39,402 nt of DNA from Candidatus Omnitrophota bacterium. Its GTDB lineage: Bacteria > Omnitrophota > Gorgyraeia > Zapsychrales > Zapsychraceae. Shown here one piece after another: positions 36,201-39,402 of this stretch (position 1 is its first letter; each line of letters starts with the position of its first letter). The position numbers were made by a program, and so were the translations under genes. The notes beneath the pieces were generated by a model, which made no database searches, was not told where the DNA came from, and saw only the letters and a program-made list of their open reading frames with translations. The DNA lies in contig JADFXQ010000012.1 of the NCBI GenBank assembly GCA_015233495.1, positions 1-39,402 of the forward strand. Reading direction: 5' to 3'.

Positions 36201-39200
36201 AACAATTCGAACGATACATCCCGCCCTCGATCAAAGCCATTTTGACAACCCCATCCGCAATGCCCAAATCCGCCAAGGCTCGCATCGCGCTGACAAACGG
36301 AAAATACGTTCCGCTCTCAAACGGCATTGATAACAATGCTGAAATATGCGACTCCGCCGCCATATCCGGCAGTTGAACACCGGACTGCGCGGCCAAATGC
36401 ATATCCGTGATTAAAGCTGATAACTGCTCTTGTTCCTGACGGTCACTAAAGAGCGCCGCGACCAAATATGACTTCAAAAACACGCCCTCGCGGGCAACCA
36501 AGGCCGATTTAATTTCCGAGCTGAGGTTGAGCATAACCCGTATCCCTGAAACCCGCAGAGTCAGACTCTGACTGCTCAACATCATCTTGACGGCCCGCGC
36601 GATTTCGTCCGGAGTCGCACCCGGCAAATATTGCGCCAAATTAATGGTGTCAGACCCCAATATCCCCTTGGCAGGAGATGAGTTATGACTATTTTCCCGC
36701 GCAAAACTGCGCAATGCCGCTTCCACATAAGCTTCGCTATCCTCCACCGGCGCGATCACGCCGCGGGCGGACATTTCTTTTACTAAAAGCGACATAATCA
36801 AGCGGCTCTCTTGCTCAGGCGTGTACCACGGATAACTTCCGGCAATCGTCACAATGCTCGGCCGCAAACCAACCTCCAGGACCGAAGCGACAAAATATGT
36901 GACAGCCTCCTCCAACCGGTCTGGCGCGTCAATTGATGCCAAATGATCCAACTTCACATACGACCCCGGAGTCGTGAGATAATATTCCGGCGGCATGTAC
37001 AACCCTTCCCCGTCTATCGGCCGGTTTACGAATAAGAAATAATCCGCGTCAATACTCCAGATTACCTGTTTCCCCGGCGGAACAACCCCGTCTAAATTCC
37101 CTAAATAACAACACGCGACATCCACCCCGCAAACATTCCGGCCGCGGCCGCGCGTGAATTCCGACGGAACCCACACCATCTGGTCAATCAACCCGTCTTC
37201 CAAAGCCGGCGTAATAAATAAAGCCTCGCCATATTCCGGCATATGGAAAGCCTGCGCTGCCCGGCGCGGCCGCGGCGCCCGGCGCATTGGCGCTGATAAA
37301 TCATCATGCGAATCCACATGCAATAAACTAAACAGCGGCTGCATCCCGAAACGCAGTACGTCGTGCCACCACCAGTTATAAGCCCCACCATGTCTGTTCA
37401 TAATTCGCGCCTCTGGCAAACCCGTGGCCGCGGAAGAATGCGAAAATTTTCGTTGTCCCATAAAGATGTTATATTCCATCCAAACATGATTGCCGCGTAA
37501 AGGCTGTTCTGACGACAATACCGCGCCCATTTTCCGATAAAATTCCCAGGACTGCTCTGTTGCCGTGATTTTGATAACGCGAACTCCCGCCTCCTGACAC
37601 ATTGCCACCAACCGTTCAAACAATAGCCGGCCCAAACCTTGTCCCTGATAATCCGGATGCACGGCAAACGCATTCCAAACGGTAAAATTACTAAATGGAA
37701 TAAATTGAAATCCGCCGACAATCCTTCCCGTCGGAGTCTGAACGACAAAGGTATGCTTTAAATATTCCGAAGAACGGTCCGCTATCGAGCAAAGCTGAGA
37801 ATCCAAAAACACATTTTTCAAAGCCCGCAGATCCGTTTCCATATCCCGCGGATTCAACGGCCGGATGACAATGCCTGCCGTGGCCGGACTCGAACCCGGT
37901 GTTGGACCAGCGACCAGCCCATTGAATATGTTCTCCATCAAAGCGACCGAGCTTTCCCAGCGATGGTCGGAAAACACCGCGTGGCGGATCAAATCCAGCC
38001 TCTGCCAGCGATGATCCTGGCTGTTCCAAATATGATAGAACCGGGTAAACGCGGCCATAATATTGTTCACGGTCGCATCCTGGCGCGCCGGATGAATCGG
38101 AAACCGCGCCCCGTTCGGTATTTCGGCCTCCTCGCTAAATCCCAGTTCCGGCAAAGCGAACGACCGGATAGTGGACTTATGCCCCTGCCGGTCCGACACC
38201 AAACACGGCACTCCCAAAGCCAAAGCTTCCATCGGCGAAATCCCGCCCGGTTCCCAGAGAGAAAACGCGATAAACAAATCCCCGCACAAATACGCCAGAT
38301 CATACACCGGTTCCGCGTCGGAAATAAACCTCCCCGGATACCCGACTCGTCCCGGAAATTCCCAAACCAAACTCTTGAGTTGGTTTTCCAAATTAATGTC
38401 GCCCGCCCCGGCAAAAATAAATACCACATTGCTGAATCTCGCATCAGAAAATATCCGGCGCGCGAATCCCGGCACAAAATGCACGCCTTTTTGCGAGCTG
38501 ACCCGGGCGATCATATTGATCACAAAACTATCCGGGTTCAACCGATCACTGCGGCCATCCGTCGCGGACCAGAACTGCGTCTCTTGCGCCACCGCAATTT
38601 TCGCTTCCGCCTTGCGGCGCACAACCGCGTCGATGATCGAGTCCACGTCAGCCTCGTTTTGGCAATCAAACGCGGTACGGCCCAATAAACGCTTTTGCGT
38701 GGCTTCCTGATGGATGCCATTCGGCACAGCGAACAAACGACCTTCCCGATGTTTTTGCTCAAAGATCTGCCTAAACCCTTCCGCGCCGCCTTGCTCGTCG
38801 GAACGTAAATAATCTTCCATCTGCCCCTCACTGACCGCGACCACTGCCTGCCCGTGGCGGACAAACGCGGCTTGAAAATTTACCAGGTCCGGGTTGTGCG
38901 GATCCAAAAACCACAAATGACAAAATCCCGGCAAATCCAGATTGCTCAACAGATCAACCTTGTCCTGAATCCGGCCCATTTTAAATTGATAATCCTGGCC
39001 CATGTTGTGTACCCAAGCCGCTGTGTAGGTCCCGGCAAAAATATCCGCGCTTTGCCGATAAATCGATTCCGGGGTATTAATGTGCGCCAACAAGGGAGCG
39101 CACATCCAATCATTGCCAATCACAACCGCGGGCCGGATATTCATCAACCGCATCGTATGCAGAGCGCCCAGTGACAAGAAAATCGAACGCAGGGATTCAT

Positions 39201-39402
39201 GCGCCTTGCTCGCCGAGCCATAAAGCCGGTCAGCGAAATCCTCATTATCCAAAAGATAGTAATCCACGCCGTCGATCCGGCCGCGCATAATCCCCAGATA
39301 CGCCGCCCGCCGAACGCCGTTATCCCATCCCAAACCGATGTAAATCTCTTTATCCGCCACCGGCTTTAAACCAAAACGTTGAATCGTCGCGTGTTTGGCC
39401 GG
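1..39402 (-). CDS. Giant multi-enzyme protein, partial at both ends (at least 13,134 aa in this window)
   Basis: Manual translation of the minus frame (plus triplets starting at position 1 mod 3) shows no tta/cta/tca triplet, so no stop. None of the minus-strand ORFs in the supplied track lies in this frame. Recognisable enzyme motifs occur in this frame from end to end. Confidence 0.97.
350..1443 (-). other. Module: hydrophobic leader + HEXXH peptidase-like domain (copy D)
   Basis: MWLAIVIVLVARLVLPYIGG; LGISKIEISEGV; YLHESVH (HESVH 1027-1041); WREELIAS; YRKRLVDWA (cf. YEKRFFDWA in copy B). Confidence 0.68.
2692..2832 (-). other. Transmembrane hairpin
   Basis: ILWR followed by 43 uncharged residues IVIMAAGAVGIILLGGVTLFMCLALFVTIPALFWIAGLVIVIL. 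Confidence 0.8.
3181..3921 (-). repeat. Five degenerate 50-58 aa Trp-anchored protein repeats
   Basis: WRSAGHGDLVDWV, WAAKGHEVFVKLV, WRKRKQADFLDIV, WLAAGQEAFVKHV, WLAFGHKTLVNLV. Trp codons at 3919, 3748, 3598, 3424, 3250, each with a second Trp 22-23 aa later. Confidence 0.75.
4080..5130 (-). other. Domain: sigma70-like remnants (region 4 HTH-like, weak region 2-like)
   Basis: GKILETVGAAL...ERERVRQLLEDGLRHY (cf. TLEEVG...TRERIRQIE); upstream DFDF...LSTRLRLIANAIIEFL. Confidence 0.4.
5192..5228. repeat. Dispersed linker repeat R1, degenerate copy 4
   Basis: 28/37 identical to copy 1, ungapped and in the same frame; encodes SVEQRGSGTSSP. Confidence 0.65.
5460..6070 (-). other. Domain: HEXXH peptidase-like (copy C, C-terminally shorter)
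   Basis: LLHEAVHLTPSQ (HEAVH 5788-5802), RWQQETPAY; aligns by eye with copy B. Confidence 0.7.
6181..7010 (-). other. Domain: possible SAM-methyltransferase-like fold
   Basis: TVLYLSAGGDLSSVLL...ILMVD...IDVIFEKA...LYITD. Confidence 0.4.
7140..8870 (-). other. Module: possible RelE/HigB-like domain (about 8520-8870) followed by a long helical/coiled-coil region
   Basis: IKSL...GLYELKP...DRLYLVI...VVLGC, then heptad-like LRRKIRELEARLQEIIQQK and IEQELQELKREL. Confidence 0.4.
8895..9600 (-). other. Domain: HPr kinase/phosphorylase-like P-loop kinase
   Basis: IHGNLI...AVIIVGRSCAGKSS (Walker A at 9337-9360) followed by FISDDDIV. Confidence 0.75.
9895..11000 (-). other. Domain: GT-B glycosyltransferase, EarP-like motif spacing
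   Basis: GCGDIGFGLSL...LRQQF...IRFVT; ISGL...MGA; PFVDRRRYALFL; VTGAMSLCAALQLGVPFLY. Confidence 0.5.
11041..12870 (-). other. Domain: GH13 alpha-amylase family catalytic barrel + C-terminal beta domain
   Basis: GVSTIYL, IDPRAGT, IIDWLANMH, WSDVAQ, GFRIDAA (Asp 11905), FVIEA (Glu 11779), LEHD (Asp 11569); catalytic triad present. Confidence 0.9.
12930..14130 (-). other. Domain: amylo-alpha-1,6-glucosidase (GH133, glycogen debranching C-domain), degenerate
   Basis: LPGL, YDNMDAGLW, TWMDA...VTPRRGKTVEINALW, FWN...LYD, RPNQIFA, GLRTLS, HQGTV.PWL, GSVAEIF. Confidence 0.92.
14978..15014. repeat. Linker repeat R3
   Basis: aaattaatggtgtcagatctcaatatcgcattggcag; 33/37 identical to 36638-36674. Confidence 0.85.
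15050..16925 (-). other. Domain: alpha-D-phosphohexomutase 2 (GlmM/PMM-like)
   Basis: SFSGVRG, IGHDPRPTS, TTP, GIMITASHNP (TASHNP 16549-16566), DSNGG, FDCDADR (15994-16014), VGEGNV, GFEGYNGG, RDG, RGSKTE. Confidence 0.93.
17415..18120 (-). other. Domain: possible class I SAM-methyltransferase-like Rossmann fold
   Basis: IIIPCIGADW...VIGIN...IDADL...DTVFLK...LPNEANVVLFD; alternating alpha/beta pattern only. Confidence 0.3.
18551..18587. repeat. Dispersed 37-nt linker repeat R1, copy 3
   Basis: 36/37 identical to copy 1; encodes SAELTGLGTSSP. Confidence 0.9.
18600..20640 (-). other. Domain group: RelA/SpoT-type HD hydrolase + helical segment + two ACT domains
   Basis: AH...RRAG..PYFIH, HDIFEDT (HD at 20401-20406), AVTK, KLADRL; INQGRQIL...DSLYAAIGNGDI; YDRTGVLRQL and PDRMGRLFRI. 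Confidence 0.82.
20909..20945. repeat. Dispersed 37-nt linker repeat R1, copy 2
   Basis: 34/37 identical to copy 1, with the stem intact; encodes SAELIRFGTSSP. Confidence 0.9.
20965..22080 (-). other. Domain: radical SAM enzyme with SPASM/twitch extension
   Basis: CNLNCVHC (21970-21993), FSGVCGES, FTNG, VSLDA; C-terminal CYAAH...GDVSLC...SFADIW...CQIC. Confidence 0.92.
23140..24030 (-). other. Domain: HIT-type GDP-sugar phosphorylase (VTC2 / GDP-D-glucose phosphorylase-like)
   Basis: WNPAR, NNYCPV, HPQ, LRFGFNGWGAWATINHLHFQMYY (HLHFQ at 23554-23568), DYPI, ENIPSSL. Confidence 0.82.
24240..25880 (-). other. Domain: alpha-D-phosphohexomutase 1 (PMM/PGM-type)
   Basis: REYDFRS, IGRDARLTS, TTPQLYF, ITASHHP (Ser at 25549), VDAMHG, FDGDGDR (24958-24978), VGHANIK, GGEESG, DGIKV, WALVRPS. 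Confidence 0.93.
25960..26667 (-). other. Domain: HAD-superfamily phosphatase (subfamily IA-like)
   Basis: VVAFDWDETI (DxD at 26635-26643), LIPGIETVL, SKAKAI, LVGDNPDADIKAAKQAG. Confidence 0.88.
26800..28010 (-). other. Domain: ROK-family sugar kinase-like
   Basis: VVCAGSTKF, ISWPGP, VYLLNDVLAAGVGE, VNFATGISTAVIKDG, IVLAGGVG. Confidence 0.78.
28090..29170 (-). other. Domain: HAD subfamily IIB-like, degenerate and apparently rearranged
   Basis: TIEVKARGMHKG (motif III-like), VLATGAIHTL (motif I position without DxD), LVVSG (motif II), IADDASPTGND (motif IV-like). Confidence 0.45.
29530..30543 (-). other. Module: internal twin-arginine signal-like motif + HEXXH peptidase-like domain (copy B)
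   Basis: MPRRDFLRLILGGSVLGWGAL (RR at 30532-30537), ILFHEAVHLAPSQ (HEAVH 30127-30141), downstream WREEVIAH. Confidence 0.7.
30625..31503 (-). other. Module: internal twin-arginine signal-like motif + HEXXH peptidase-like domain (copy A)
   Basis: GRRDFLKLVLGGIAGLGVW (RR at 31495-31500), IVLHEAIHLLPKQ (HEAIH 31102-31116), downstream NERDAY. Confidence 0.7.
32401..32499 (-). repeat. Three degenerate tandem 33-nt (11-aa) units
   Basis: PKDDQPRKAGK / PTDDQPRTAGK / RTADQPQASGK. Confidence 0.85.
32545..33078 (-). other. Domain: LysM flanked by two hydrophobic (signal/TM) segments
   Basis: LWLLALGLFLGSMGPLFGHA, then NTLEGIA...MVQRIRRINHLRGYTVHKGMRLRLP (LysM-like, about 32788-32988), a Pro-rich stalk, and FTGFLLLLAGIIGIFV followed by KKARRQRK. 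Confidence 0.7.
33089..33167. repeat. Linker repeat R2 (33089-33127) with inverted repeat
   Basis: Arms gagttatgactatttt (33101-33116) and aaaatactcataactc (33152-33167) pair at 15/16. Confidence 0.85.
33209..33245. repeat. Dispersed 37-nt linker repeat R1, copy 1
   Basis: ggcgacgaagtgccgaacccagtcagttcggccgaag; contains hairpin gccgaac-N7-gttcggc and palindrome ttcggccgaa; encodes SAELTGFGTSSP. Confidence 0.9.
33270..34560 (-). other. Domain: UDP-glucose/UDP-sugar pyrophosphorylase-like (eukaryote-type UDPGP family), degenerate motifs
   Basis: Motifs in family order: GGISTRSGG, VPMVIMGS, FLQS, PTGQWD, SGVLGELHEQGVEMVFHSNMNN, EKGGLL, QLVEG, FNTGS, QIES, VDRDIHFVPVQ. Confidence 0.78.
34740..35320 (-). 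other. Domain: HEXXH zincin-like module
   Basis: GRIKVNRWLL...FVLGHEIDH (HEIDH at 34921-34935), followed by PERAV as a possible third ligand. Confidence 0.55.
35400..36630 (-). other. Domain: HEAT/ARM-like helical repeat region
   Basis: Repeated helical units such as SAMRALADLG, AAVYTLGETA, KAVEALGKAA, KCLVALARLG and QAMSALIYA. Confidence 0.55.
36638..36706. repeat. Composite linker repeat (R3 at 36638-36674 overlapping R2 at 36668-36706)
   Basis: 36668-36706 matches 33089-33127 at 37/39; 36638-36674 matches 14978-15014 at 33/37. Confidence 0.88.
36760..37410 (-). other. Domain: UPF0489 / arginase-deacetylase-like metallohydrolase
   Basis: LLHVDSHDDL, FITPALEDGLIDQMVWVP, WSIDADYF and PSIVTIAGSYPWYTP, in the order I recall for UPF0489 proteins. 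Confidence 0.7.
37460..37875 (-). other. Domain: GNAT acetyltransferase
   Basis: FAVHPDYQGQGLGRLL (acetyl-CoA motif A, 37621-37668) and WEFYRKMG. Confidence 0.88.
37915..39402 (-). other. Domain: glycogen/starch synthase (GT5, GlgA-like), N-terminus outside window
   Basis: GVDYYLLDNE, IGNDWM (39103-39120; cf. HxHDW), WVHNM (cf. TIHNL), VAVSEG, VPNGI, ARVSSQKG, FSLWEPGGISPMEA (Glu at 38251; cf. PSRFEPCGL), DHRWESS. Confidence 0.9.

Noticed and set aside
210..39174. The short ORFs (60-241 aa) in the supplied track
   Set aside because: All overlap the giant ORF in other frames or antisense and show no family motifs I recognise. The longer plus-strand ones (37963-38688, 25534-26148) lie in the codon-mirror frame, which is commonly open by chance.
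1..39402. Alternative genetic code or pseudogene decay as the reason no long ORFs are listed
   Set aside because: The true frame is fully open under the standard bacterial code. No stop reassignment or frameshift is needed.
1..39402. An operon of separate genes (glgA, pgm, gdh, spoT and others)
   Set aside because: No stops separate the domains, so gene symbols were not assigned.
1..39402. Inteins, NRPS/PKS modules, RTX/adhesin repeats, transposase or integrase
   Set aside because: I saw no Hint-type splice motifs, carrier-protein or KS motifs, GGxGxD repeats or recombinase signatures in the translation. An HMM search would be needed to exclude divergent ones.

Overview
The whole window is the interior of one giant protein-coding gene on the minus strand. 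I translated the minus-strand frame whose codons occupy +positions 1-3, 4-6 ... 39400-39402 by hand and found no stop in 13,134 codons. Both ends run off the window, which is probably why the ORF track omits it; the short ORFs listed are off-frame or antisense shadows. The protein runs N to C from high to low coordinates and is a chain of about 30 modules, mostly separated by a recurring (S/A/G)-S-P linker. In order: glycogen synthase (GT5), GNAT, UPF0489-like, HEAT-like repeats, HEXXH, UDP-sugar pyrophosphorylase-like, TM-LysM-TM, two internal twin-arginine-motif + HEXXH modules, HAD-IIB-like, ROK kinase-like, HAD, phosphohexomutase 1, VTC2-like GDP-sugar phosphorylase, radical SAM/SPASM, RelA/SpoT-type HD hydrolase + 2 ACT, phosphohexomutase 2, GH133, GH13, EarP-like GT-B, HPr-kinase-like P-loop, RelE-like + coiled coil, methyltransferase-like, HEXXH, sigma-like, Trp repeats, TM hairpin, HEXXH, and a truncated Glu/Leu/Phe/Val dehydrogenase. 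Several linkers share near-identical, partly palindromic 37-39 nt DNA repeats. The architecture resembles the giant genes of Omnitrophota (inference; there is no marker gene here). All domain calls are motif recognition by eye, not HMM results, and domain boundaries are approximate. No RNA genes, CRISPR arrays or transposases were seen.
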